From contig PIVX01000002.1 of the NCBI GenBank assembly GCA_003353785.1, forward strand, positions 26,902 to 90,901: a stretch of 64,000 bases of DNA, written 5' to 3'. A model generated the notes under the pieces. The model was not told the origin of the DNA. It worked only from the letters and a program-made list of their open reading frames with translations, and did not search any database. Origin of the DNA: Gammaproteobacteria bacterium (GTDB lineage Bacteria; Pseudomonadota; Gammaproteobacteria; PIVX01). The position numbers and the translations under genes were made by a program. Positions 47,233 to 57,219 of the stretch are shown here, piece by piece. Each line of letters starts with the position of its first letter. The first letter of the stretch is position 1.

Positions 47233-49602
47233 ATGCAGAATTACTTGTGGTTCAATAAAGTCAATATGGATGATGTGGCCATTGTTGGAGGAAAAAACGC
47301 TTCTCTAGGTGAAATGATAAGCAAATTATTTGAAGTAGGCGTAGATGTTCCTTTTGGTTTTGCTACTACAGCTGAGGCATTCCAAAAATTTATGTCTGAC
47401 AATGGGATAGATAAAGAGGTAGGTAAGATACTTCAAGATTTTGATGTTAACGATATATCTAAATTGCAAAAAGTAGGTAAAAAGATTAGAGATATGATAG
47501 TGGGCTCTGATTTTAATAAAGATTTTGTTGATGATATATCACAAGCTTTTAAAGAGTTATTAGACAGGTCTGGAGATAATACTACTTTCGCAGTTAGATC
47601 CTCGGCTACAGCAGAAGATCTTCCAACCGCATCTTTTGCAGGACAGCAAGAAACCTTTTTGAATGTAGCAGGTTTAGACAATATTCTTATAAAAATTAAA
47701 GAAGTATATGCTTCTTTATTTAACGATCGTGCTATTTCTTACCGTGTACATCATAAATTTAATCATATTGATGTAGCTATATCTGTTGGGATCCAACAGA
47801 TGGTACGTAGTGATTTGGCTGTCAGTGGCGTTATGTTTACTTTAGATACTGAATCAGGTTATCAAGGTGTAGCATATATAACAGCTTCATATGGACTAGG
47901 AGAGTCGGTAGTTAGTGGTGCAGTTAATCCTGATGAATTTTATGTTGATAAAAAAATATTGGCAAATAATAAGCCAGCAATTATTCGTAGGATTAAAGGT
48001 ACAAAAAAAACTAAGATAGTATATTCTCCTGACGAAGAGAATAGTGATATTAGTACTGTAGATGTTTCTCCTGGAGATCAAAAAAAGTTTTCTCTTAGTA
48101 ACAAAGATATTACTGAATTAGCATCTTTAGCGGTAAAAATTGAAAAGCACTATAAAAGACCTATGGATATTGAATGGGCTAAAGACGGTCTCACTGATAA
48201 ATTATTTATTTTACAAGCTAGGCCTGAAACAGTTGAAAGTAATAGAGCTAAAGACGTCAAAATTGAGAAATATATTCTAAAAGAAAAAAGCGATATCCTG
48301 GTATTGGGAAGGAGTGTTGGTAATAAAATAGGAAGTGGAAAATTACGTATATTAACGGGAGCAAATGATATGCATTCCCTTGAAGAAGGTGATGTACTAG
48401 TAGCAGATATGACAGATCCTGATTGGGAACCAATTATGAAGAAATCTAGTGCAATTGTTACCAACAGAGGGGGTAGGACATGCCATGCTGCTATAATTGC
48501 ACGAGAACTAGGAATTCCAGCTGTAGTTGGAACAGAAAATGCAACAAAAATTCTTAAAAATAGAGAAAACGTTACTATATCTTGTGCAGAAGGAGATGAA
48601 GGTAAAGTATATGCTGGTAAATTAGATTACTCTATTAATACTCATATATTATCTATGCTACCAGAAATACCGGTTGATATTATGCTAAATTTGGGAAATC
48701 CTGATAATGCATTTAACTGTCATAATATACCGAATGCAGGAGTTGGGTTGGCTAGATTAGAATTTGTTATTAACAATATGATTGGAATTCATCCAAATGC
48801 AATTTTAAATATTGATGAAATGTCAGATGATGTAAAAAGTAAGATTTTTGATAAGAGTCTTGGATATTCTTCTCCACGAAATTTTTATGAGCAAAAATTG
48901 ATAGAAGGTATTGCTACAATTGCGAGCGTATTTTATCCTAAACCAGTAATAGTAAGGATGTCTGATTTTAAATCCAATGAGTACGCTAATCTCATTGGAG
49001 GTGAACAATTTGAACCCAATGAAGAAAATCCTATGATTGGCTTTAGAGGTGCTTCTAGATATCTTTCGTCTGTTTTTAGAGAGTGCTTTGAAATGGAATG
49101 TAATGCTATTAAATTTGCTAGAAATAAAATGGGTCTTGATAATATAAAAGTGATGATCCCTTTTGTACGTACGGTTGATGAAGCTAAAGCGGTTATTGAG
49201 TTATTAAAAGAGTTTGGTATTGAAAGGCAGGTAGATGGCTTACAAGTTATCATGATGTGTGAATTACCATCTAACGTGGTATTAGCAGAAGAGTTTCTGG
49301 AGTATTTTGACGGATTTTCAATTGGTTCAAATGATTTGACTCAATTAACTTTAGGGTTAGACAGGGATTCATCTAGAGTTGCATATTTATTTGATGAAAG
49401 AAATTTAGCTGTTAAAAAAATGCTTAAAATGGCTATTGAAGCATGTAAAAAATCTAACAAGTATATTGGGATTTGTGGTCAAGCTCCATCGGACTATATT
49501 GAATTAGCTACGTGGTTGGTTGACGAAGGTATTCAAAGTATATCTCTCAATCCAGATTCAGTAGTGAATTCCATTATAGAGATATCTGAAAATAATAAAT
49601 AA
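47233..49602 (+). CDS. ppsA: phosphoenolpyruvate synthase
   Basis: 789 aa with an ATP-grasp N-terminal domain, the phospho-His swivel motif GGRTCHAAIIARELGIPAVVG, and a PEP-utilising C-terminal TIM barrel (GFSIGSNDLTQL). Confidence 0.97.
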   Translation: MQNYLWFNKVNMDDVAIVGGKNASLGEMISKLFEVGVDVPFGFATTAEAFQKFMSDNGIDKEVGKILQDFDVNDISKLQKVGKKIRDMIVGSDFNKDFVDDISQAFKELLDRSGDNTTFAVRSSATAEDLPTASFAGQQETFLNVAGLDNILIKIKEVYASLFNDRAISYRVHHKFNHIDVAISVGIQQMVRSDLAVSGVMFTLDTESGYQGVAYITASYGLGESVVSGAVNPDEFYVDKKILANNKPAIIRRIKGTKKTKIVYSPDEENSDISTVDVSPGDQKKFSLSNKDITELASLAVKIEKHYKRPMDIEWAKDGLTDKLFILQARPETVESNRAKDVKIEKYILKEKSDILVLGRSVGNKIGSGKLRILTGANDMHSLEEGDVLVADMTDPDWEPIMKKSSAIVTNRGGRTCHAAIIARELGIPAVVGTENATKILKNRENVTISCAEGDEGKVYAGKLDYSINTHILSMLPEIPVDIMLNLGNPDNAFNCHNIPNAGVGLARLEFVINNMIGIHPNAILNIDEMSDDVKSKIFDKSLGYSSPRNFYEQKLIEGIATIASVFYPKPVIVRMSDFKSNEYANLIGGEQFEPNEENPMIGFRGASRYLSSVFRECFEMECNAIKFARNKMGLDNIKVMIPFVRTVDEAKAVIELLKEFGIERQVDGLQVIMMCELPSNVVLAEEFLEYFDGFSIGSNDLTQLTLGLDRDSSRVAYLFDERNLAVKKMLKMAIEACKKSNKYIGICGQAPSDYIELATWLVDEGIQSISLNPDSVVNSIIEISENNK

Positions 49603-50545
49603 GATAGCTAATTTTTAATAAAAATCATTAATTAAAACAGTAAAGTTAATATATTTTTCACGTTATAAATTCTTAATATTTATACTTTAACTTACTTTAG
49701 ATATATTGATTAATCTATTGATTATAATAAATTAATTACTATAGAAGTTCTTTTATTGATAGTCATCTAAAATAAATAGGTTCTAAGTCATTATTTACAT
49801 TAAATATATAATATAATATATTGATATAAAACAAATATTGCATATTATGCGTTTTGACTAAATAATTTTTACCAAAGAATACTAAAACTCATTGATTTAT
49901 GTGATATTGAATTTAAGTTCAACAAATCACATCATACTAGAAGGGCAGCATCTTCGTTTTACATTGGTTATGCAGTTAAGAGTTAGCTAATAATTTAACA
50001 TAGCAATTAAACTATTTATTAGAAATTAATTTTTTTCAATGTTACTAAATGGTCAATATTTGTAAATTTCATGGTGTACAAATTGTTTACTAATGGACCG
50101 TATTCTTTCTTAAATTTTAGCTATTAATAGTTTATGAATATTAATCAATAGTATTGCTTTAATAGTTTAACATTGTTTATTGGTACAGGAGGAGAGTATA
50201 GAGGGGCCTACTTATGATTTTTAATTAGGTTTTGGTTAATCAATTCTCTATTTTATTTTAGAATATTGTTTTGAGCCTATTTCATAATGTATTTCAAATA
50301 GAGCAGTATAAATATTTGATCATATATTATTTCATTTAATTACAGGCAAGATTTATATTATTTGAATATTTTTGATAATTTGTAAATCTAATTAATATGC
50401 ACCTATATGTTGTAATAAATAAGCCGATGGAAGATCTGTTTTTTATAATTATATTTGATAATCATTTAGGGCATTGGTTGCTAAAATAGTTATAAGAGAT
50501 AATAAAAGATTAATCTTATCAATTAATTATAATGGAATGGATTAA

Positions 50546-50587
50546 AAAAATATTTTTCATAATGATAATTAATATAAAAATATTTTT
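50546..50587. repeat. two copies of the 12-bp palindrome AAAAATATTTTT spaced 30 bp start-to-start
   Basis: Copies at 50546-50557 and 50576-50587, inside the 1.16-kb ORF-free region upstream of the TraA-like gene. This may be no more than AT-rich low complexity. Confidence 0.3.
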
Positions 50588-50721
50588 ATTTTAGGAAGTA
50601 ATATCAATCAGTTTTATAAAATAATATATGCATATATATGTTATAAAAATTAACGGCTCGTTTTTATCAAACACCGACTATACTTAATTTTATCCTAGAA
50701 ATTTTTCACATTAATAGTGTG

Positions 50722-50743
50722 TTGTATTTAAACAACAATACAA
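50722..50743. repeat. inverted repeat TTGTATT-N8-AATACAA 19 nt upstream of the TraA-like ORF
   Basis: Read directly: arms at 50722-50728 and 50737-50743. Candidate operator or vestigial oriT arm. A 7-bp repeat is weak in DNA this AT-rich. Confidence 0.3.
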
Positions 50744-50762
50744 ATATATGTTCATGGAGTAG

Positions 50763-53700
50763 TTGTTGGCAATATATTCATTTGATTCCAGTGTAATACG
50801 CAGAAGCCAAGGAAATTCTGCTTTAAGGGTTGCTGCTTATTATCGCGGGATCAGAATGCATGAGGAAAGAACTGGAAAAATTACTCCTTGGACAGATGCA
50901 GTAGAAGTAGTTTATAGCAATATTGTGTCCGATGATAATGCCCCACAGTGGGTGCAAAAATTGATCAGCTGTCAGAGTTTTAATGGTCATGCTGTTAGTG
51001 AGTCTCTATGGAACAAAGTATCTAAAATGGAAAAAAGGAAAGACTCTCAAGAGGCATATAAACATTTTTTTGCTTTGCCAAATGAGATGAGATTGAATCA
51101 ATTAATTTCTTTAGCTGATGAAGTTGCAAAGATGATTGCATCCTATGGGACGGTTGTAGATTATAGTATACATTGTAAACAAGGTAACTATGGTATGCAC
51201 ATGTTAGAAACTATGAGGTATTTAAATCAAGATGGTTTTGGATTTAAGAATGCTAGTTTAAGTAAAGGAGTAAATTTTATCTCTGGAAAAGCAAGCCAAA
51301 ATTCCAGGCTATGGTTAATACGTGAACAAGCTTCTGCTATTACCAACAAGCATCTAATTTGTTGTGGGATCAAAGCTTGTATAGATCATCGTACACTATT
51401 TGAACAAAATAATCCATTGAGATCTCCTATTAGGGTAGGGAGTAGTTCTTGTCAAGCAGCTGAGCAGGGGGTACTAACAGAAAGGTTTTTAAAAAATGAA
51501 CAAATCAAGAAAAACAATTTTGAGCTTCTAACAGAAAATCCTGATTTTATTATATCTGAACTAGCAAATAAATTAGATGATTTTACCTATCCTGATATCG
51601 TGAAGAAAATCATGAAGTATATACCAATAAAGAATAATAGTTTTAAATTAGATAAAAAAACTATTAATAGAAGTTTAGAAGTAGAAATGAATAAATTTAT
51701 CCAAGATTTTTTTAAAAAAAGTCATGAAAAAAAAGATCTGATTGAAAATCTAAATAGATCAATAAATATTAGTGAGACTATAGCTAGCAAAATTGCTAAT
51801 ATATTAATATTGTTGCAAGAATCTAAAAAAATGATTTATCTTGGAGTTGATGAGAATGGTTTGAATAGGTATACAACAATTTCCCGTTTTAAGCAAGAAA
51901 ATTTGATGATGGAAAGAGTATTAAAGCTTGCCAACACGAAAAATTATCTTGTCAAAGACAAGATAGTTAATAACGCCATTAGCAAATCTGCAAAAACAAA
52001 AAAAAATAATAAGAAATTTAGGCTAAATGAAGAACAAAAATTTTCTATTAAGTATTTGACTTCAGGCTATCAACTTAGGTGTCTTGCGTGTCAAAATTCA
52101 GAAAATAAAAAAGAACTATTAAGTTTATGTACAACTATTTGGAGGATGCATGGTTTCACTACTATCTTATCATCTGCAGTTGGTTTATCTATCAGTGCTT
52201 TTTCGGAATATGGTTTTAATAAATGTCTAACTATTAATGATCTTTTATTAAAGATTAAAAATTCAGATACTAATATTCTTGATGATAAAACTGTTCTAAT
52301 AGTTAACGATGCTTCTATAATTAATAATCAGGATTTAGGGGCAATTATTAAGGCATGCTCAAATTTTAAGAGTAAACTGATCTTGATTGGAAATTTATCT
52401 GAATTATGTGAAGGAAAAGGGAGTGCTTCATTTAAAACAATCATTGAATCTATAGGTGTTTCTTTATCATCAGATGCTATATTTCAGCAAAAAAAATGGC
52501 AGCGTAGAGCAAGCGCGATGTTTGCTATGGGAAATATTTCAGATGGCCTTGAATCTTATTATGGAAAAGGTAATATTAAATTCTCTGCAGATGATAAGTC
52601 AACAAAAGATAAACTATTAAATGATTGGATGAATAGTCAAGAAGCTATTGAAAAAAAAATCATATTTGCTCATGATATTAAAGATGTTAATGAACTAAAC
52701 TCCAGAGTTAGATATGAAATGCTAGATAGCAGGTATCTTAAAAATAACATTCAATTAGAGCTAGGAATAGAAAAAGATGACAAATTGTTTTTGACTAATC
52801 TTGCTATTAATGAAAGGGTTATGCTTAAAAAAGGGAGTCGCTTATATGATGAATATTTAACAAGCAATAAAATAGCAACTGTTAGTGAGATTAAAACAGA
52901 TAATAGCAATATACTAAGAGGTATAGTTTTTAAACTTGATGATTCTAGTCATGAAGTATTCGTGGGTTCACAAGATATTATAAGTGGTGATGTTAAATTT
53001 TTATATGCTTATGCATTATTAATAAATGATTGTGATGGTTTTAGATTTAACGAATCATATTTTTATTGTGGCAATATCTTAGATAGCTCGGAAATGTATC
53101 TTATTATGACCATGCATATTGTGGATGCCTGCTTATACGTTAGTAATTTAAAATTTAGTGATTTTAATTCTTTAGTAACTGGATTATCAAAAAAAATCCC
53201 TAAAGATATTGAATTAAACTACCCTATAAAATTTGCATTAAGTCGAGGATTAAAGATAGAAGATTTTGTTAGTGATACACTTGGCACTAATATGACTATG
53301 CAAATAGATAAAGATGTAATTTCACCTAAAAGGGATAATGTTGGTGAATTTGTGGTGCAAAACAAAAAAATCATTACTAAAAATAGTAAGTTTTCAGATG
53401 TAAATAAATATGTTAATGCGAAGCAGGATTTTGCCAATGAATGGTCTGAATTTACAAAATATGCTGAAGATAATGACTATTATAACCATATCGATAGTCG
53501 AGTAGAAATATTTAGGATGGGGGATTTATCTATATATAAACAGTTGAAAAAGAATTTTTTCTTTGTTCATGAACTATCTGAATTAGTATTTTCTAGTTTA
53601 GATAAATATGAAACTGATTTACGAAGTATAGATGAATATAAAGATTTCTTACATAGAAGAAAGAGTTATTCTAATCTATTAAATATTGTTTATAAATATA

Positions 53701-54782
53701 AACAGGCAAGAGATAAATTATATAATGCTAAAGCTATAGTCGAGAACATACAAGCTTCCCCTGCTTTTCTTATAAAACTTGAAGATATTAAGCTTGATCA
53801 GGGAATATTAAATAAATGTGCAAGAGAATATGAAAAACAAACATACTTAAAAAAATTAAAAGGTAAAGAGTTAGAACATTTTAAATTAATTGGAAAATAT
53901 GATGAGGTTTGTAAATCTTTAGAAGAGACTAGAAACGTATATCAGAGGTTTTATGAAAATATTGATAAGGAACAATTGCCAGAACAAATGGATAGTGAAC
54001 ATTTTTACTTAAACTCTATTTGTTCAAGTGAATCAAATTCAATGACGATGAAACAGAACTTGCTTAAGCAAGAAAAAATCTGTCAGTCTCTTGCTTATAA
54101 AATTCAAGAAGAAGCAATTGACTCAATAGGGTTAAGCTTTTATAGATTTGATAATGAAAAATTAATAGTAAGGCTAAAAAGCAAATATGAATTAGAAAAT
54201 AGTAAAGAGGGAAATCCCAAGGTAAAGATATTATTGTCTATTAAAAAAAACCTTGATTTTTTAATAGATAAACAACAACAAATAGCTGCACATTCCTTAG
54301 GATATGAATGTTTTATTAATATTATAAAATATAAAAAAGAACCAACTAGTAAACTTGCTGCAAGTATTAGAGCAACTCTTAAGAGTTGCTCTAATATAAT
54401 TTACTCTCTGGCTAGAGAGCATGAAATTAACTGGAATAACTTATTAAATAGGGCAGAGGAATTTGATAAAAATAAGATTTATCAAGGATTAGATAATCAG
54501 CAAAAAATATGTTTTGATAGGGTGGAAAAATATCTGAGTTTAGATAGGAAGCTCCAGGATATTAAATATGAAAAACATTTAAGTGATCCTAACGTTACTA
54601 GAGATAAATTATTTCTAGCAAATCAAATCTTATCTGAATTGAGTGAGCATAAAAAAGCTTTAGAGTTTTATCATTTTGCAGATAATATTGATGAAAATGG
54701 TAAGTTTACACAATATGAAATAGAAAATTTTAACAAGCTTAAAAAAGATCATTTAGACTTTTCTTTACAAAATAATAAATAG
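50763..54782 (+). CDS. Ti-type TraA-like relaxase/helicase homolog with substituted catalytic motifs and a long K/E/N-rich C-terminal region
   Basis: The N-terminus (M)LAIYSFDSSVIRRSQGNSALRVAAYYRG is MobA/MobL motif I. WNKVSKMEKRKDSQEAYKHFFALPNEM and VDYSIHCKQGNYGMHMLETMRYLNQDGFGFKN are colinear with TraA_Ti, and the central region is colinear with the TraA RecD-like helicase (LNEEQKFSIKYLT..., WQRRASAMFAMGN). TTG start at 50763. The second TTG at 50766 has better spacing to GGAG (50756-50759) and gives the family-typical MAIY start. Confidence 0.8.
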   Translation: MLAIYSFDSSVIRRSQGNSALRVAAYYRGIRMHEERTGKITPWTDAVEVVYSNIVSDDNAPQWVQKLISCQSFNGHAVSESLWNKVSKMEKRKDSQEAYKHFFALPNEMRLNQLISLADEVAKMIASYGTVVDYSIHCKQGNYGMHMLETMRYLNQDGFGFKNASLSKGVNFISGKASQNSRLWLIREQASAITNKHLICCGIKACIDHRTLFEQNNPLRSPIRVGSSSCQAAEQGVLTERFLKNEQIKKNNFELLTENPDFIISELANKLDDFTYPDIVKKIMKYIPIKNNSFKLDKKTINRSLEVEMNKFIQDFFKKSHEKKDLIENLNRSINISETIASKIANILILLQESKKMIYLGVDENGLNRYTTISRFKQENLMMERVLKLANTKNYLVKDKIVNNAISKSAKTKKNNKKFRLNEEQKFSIKYLTSGYQLRCLACQNSENKKELLSLCTTIWRMHGFTTILSSAVGLSISAFSEYGFNKCLTINDLLLKIKNSDTNILDDKTVLIVNDASIINNQDLGAIIKACSNFKSKLILIGNLSELCEGKGSASFKTIIESIGVSLSSDAIFQQKKWQRRASAMFAMGNISDGLESYYGKGNIKFSADDKSTKDKLLNDWMNSQEAIEKKIIFAHDIKDVNELNSRVRYEMLDSRYLKNNIQLELGIEKDDKLFLTNLAINERVMLKKGSRLYDEYLTSNKIATVSEIKTDNSNILRGIVFKLDDSSHEVFVGSQDIISGDVKFLYAYALLINDCDGFRFNESYFYCGNILDSSEMYLIMTMHIVDACLYVSNLKFSDFNSLVTGLSKKIPKDIELNYPIKFALSRGLKIEDFVSDTLGTNMTMQIDKDVISPKRDNVGEFVVQNKKIITKNSKFSDVNKYVNAKQDFANEWSEFTKYAEDNDYYNHIDSRVEIFRMGDLSIYKQLKKNFFFVHELSELVFSSLDKYETDLRSIDEYKDFLHRRKSYSNLLNIVYKYKQARDKLYNAKAIVENIQASPAFLIKLEDIKLDQGILNKCAREYEKQTYLKKLKGKELEHFKLIGKYDEVCKSLEETRNVYQRFYENIDKEQLPEQMDSEHFYLNSICSSESNSMTMKQNLLKQEKICQSLAYKIQEEAIDSIGLSFYRFDNEKLIVRLKSKYELENSKEGNPKVKILLSIKKNLDFLIDKQQQIAAHSLGYECFINIIKYKKEPTSKLAASIRATLKSCSNIIYSLAREHEINWNNLLNRAEEFDKNKIYQGLDNQQKICFDRVEKYLSLDRKLQDIKYEKHLSDPNVTRDKLFLANQILSELSEHKKALEFYHFADNIDENGKFTQYEIENFNKLKKDHLDFSLQNNK

Positions 54783-54938
54783 GATTATATTATATAATGA
54801 ACTTACTCCTCCTTTATAGTTCACATATAAAAAAATAAATTATCGACTTTTTCGTAGTATCTGTGAAGTGTTTTAAGGGGGGGAGCCGTCAAAATTCAGT
54901 CCAAACTTACTATTTAGTATTATTTGTAAATGAATCAC

Positions 54939-56411
54939 CTATGCGTGGATTTTTAATTTCTGCCCTGTACGAATAAAATTGACAGATCTAAGATTATTCA
55001 TTCGGAGGATATTCATTGCAGAAGTATTATATTTTCTTGCTATTATAGATAAAGTTTCACCACTTTTAACTATGTGACTCTTCTTAGCTTTTTTATACCA
55101 TATGATTATTTTTTGTTTTAGTTTTAAAGGTCTGTGATGTGAAATTTTATTCCAAAACTCTATTGCTGCTATTGTAACATTGAATTTTTTTGATACTTTG
55201 GCAAAAGTATCATTCTTTTTAATTTCGTAGGTTACTTTTTTAATAGGACATTTTTTATGATTTCTATTGAAAAAATTAGGGTTTTCAATTTTTATTTGGT
55301 TCATGTCATAAGTTTGATTAGTAGGGAGTATTATTTCCTGGTTAATTTTTATAAAATCAGATTTTAAATGGTTAATATCTTTTATAATTTGTACCGGGGT
55401 ATTGAATTTTTTTGCTAGAGAAATAAGTGAGTCTCCTTTCTTTATTTTATATTTTTTAGAGAGGTTTTTATTTTTACTAACTTTATTAAAATTGTTTTTA
55501 AAAATGGCAACTTTTTTGATAGGTAAAAGTAATCTATTTTTTTTATTAGGAGCAGTTAACCATCTGTTGTACCCAGGGTTTAGTTTGAATATTTCGCTAA
55601 TTTTTATTTCAGCAAGGTTTGCAGCAACGTTTAAATCAATCTGTGAATTTACTGTTACAACACCAAAATATGGCTGATTATTAAATTCTGGCAATTTAAT
55701 ATTATATTTCTCAGGGTTTTTTATAACTAATGCAAGGGCGAGTAATCTTGGGACATATTTTTGAGTTTCTTTAGGTATTTCTAGAGACCAAAAATCTACG
55801 CTCATACCTTTAGCAATGTTTTTTTTCATTGCTTTTTTAATTGTACCTTCACCAGAGTTATATGCCGCCAAAGCAAGCAACCAATCTTCTCCAAAGAATT
55901 TATGTAAATAACGCAAATAGTCAATAGCTGCCTTTGTGGAATCAATTAAGTCTCGTCTTCCATCGTACCACCAGTTCTGTTTTACTCCAAAGCCAGTTGC
56001 TGTTCCAGGCATCATTTGCCATAATCCTGCTGCTCCAGGATGTGAGTGTGCAAAAGGATTAAAATCACTTTCTATCATAGGCAGTAAAGCTATTTCTGCT
56101 GGAAATTTATTTTCTTGCATTTGTTGTATTATGTGGTGAATATAAGGTGTTGCTCGTTCAACAAGCTGACGTATATAAGTAGGGTTTTTTGATATCCAGT
56201 TAGTGTGATCTTCAATTTCTTTTGTAATGCTAATTCCATTAAGTTCAAAATTATTTCTAAGATATGTCCATACACATTTTTCATTTTTGAATTTTTTAGC
56301 TTTATTACGGTGTTTACTATTTTTTGAATGCTCGTCATCATTAAGTACTTTACAACTGGATAGTATTAATACTGAAAAACATACCAATGAAATATTTTTT
56401 AAGATAGACAT
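54939..56411 (-). CDS. mltD: membrane-bound lytic murein transglycosylase D
   Basis: Lipoprotein-like signal (LILSSC), an SLT domain (ESDFNPFAHSHPGAAGLWQMMPGTA) and three C-terminal LysM repeats (YKIKKGDSLISLAKKF..., YEIKKNDTFAKVSKKF..., HIVKSGETLSIIARKY...). Confidence 0.9.
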   Translation of the reverse strand: MSILKNISLVCFSVLILSSCKVLNDDEHSKNSKHRNKAKKFKNEKCVWTYLRNNFELNGISITKEIEDHTNWISKNPTYIRQLVERATPYIHHIIQQMQENKFPAEIALLPMIESDFNPFAHSHPGAAGLWQMMPGTATGFGVKQNWWYDGRRDLIDSTKAAIDYLRYLHKFFGEDWLLALAAYNSGEGTIKKAMKKNIAKGMSVDFWSLEIPKETQKYVPRLLALALVIKNPEKYNIKLPEFNNQPYFGVVTVNSQIDLNVAANLAEIKISEIFKLNPGYNRWLTAPNKKNRLLLPIKKVAIFKNNFNKVSKNKNLSKKYKIKKGDSLISLAKKFNTPVQIIKDINHLKSDFIKINQEIILPTNQTYDMNQIKIENPNFFNRNHKKCPIKKVTYEIKKNDTFAKVSKKFNVTIAAIEFWNKISHHRPLKLKQKIIIWYKKAKKSHIVKSGETLSIIARKYNTSAMNILRMNNLRSVNFIRTGQKLKIHA

Positions 56412-56424
56412 AATTTTGATTAGG

Positions 56425-57189
56425 TTAAAATTTATCTTTTAATTTTCTGATATTTTTGAAAACCTCTACAGGATCTTGTAAAGTGTTATGGCAAAAATTT
56501 TGTACATTCTGTATAATATCAGAATTATTGCATCTAAGGAATGGGTTTATTTGCTTCTCTATGCCTATTGTTGATGGCAATGTGACTAGATTTTCCCCGA
56601 TAGCGCAAATTTCTTTCAACTTGCTTGTAATCATACTATTATTAACATCAATCTTAGATGCAAATTCTAGGTTATTCTTAGTATATTCATGCCCGCAGAA
56701 TATTTTATATTCATCAGGAAAAGAAGTAATTATTTTTAAAGAGTTGTACATCATTTCGTATGTTCCCTCAAATATTTTACCGCATCCGGCAGAGAATAAG
56801 GTATCTCCTGTAAAAATATTTTTGTCTATTACATATGCTACATGATCTAGGGTATGTCCAGGTATACTTAATACCTGAAAACTTAAACTAGGTTTATCAA
56901 TAGTAACTTTATCATTATCTGAAACTAAATATGCTTTAGCATGAATAGACTTGTTTGGTACGAAAATTTTTGGAGAGTATTGCTTGTAAAGATCATTTAT
57001 TCCTGCTGTATGATCAAAATGGTGATGTGTTATTAGTATAGAACTTAGTGTTAAATTATTTTCGTCTAGAAATTTTTTGACCGGATCAGCTTCTCCTGGA
57101 TCAATGCAGATACAATCAGAACCATTGTGTGCTTTAATTATCCAGATATAGTTATCATTTAAAGCGTGCACGGGTATAATATTATACAT
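56425..57189 (-). CDS. gloB: hydroxyacylglutathione hydrolase (glyoxalase II)
   Basis: Metallo-beta-lactamase motif ITHHHFDHTAG. 254 aa. It lies next to mltD, as in the E. coli mltD-gloB-yafS arrangement. Confidence 0.93.
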   Translation of the reverse strand: MYNIIPVHALNDNYIWIIKAHNGSDCICIDPGEADPVKKFLDENNLTLSSILITHHHFDHTAGINDLYKQYSPKIFVPNKSIHAKAYLVSDNDKVTIDKPSLSFQVLSIPGHTLDHVAYVIDKNIFTGDTLFSAGCGKIFEGTYEMMYNSLKIITSFPDEYKIFCGHEYTKNNLEFASKIDVNNSMITSKLKEICAIGENLVTLPSTIGIEKQINPFLRCNNSDIIQNVQNFCHNTLQDPVEVFKNIRKLKDKF

Positions 57190-57219
57190 GATTATCCCAT
57201 AATATTATAAATATAAACA

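Noticed and set aside
49886-49935. An ATGTGAT...ATCACAT 7-bp inverted repeat with a 19-nt loop in the long spacer, considered as a possible sRNA terminator or oriT hairpin.
   Set aside because: The stem is short, the loop is long, there is no following T-run, and the chance expectation in roughly 80% A+T DNA is high.
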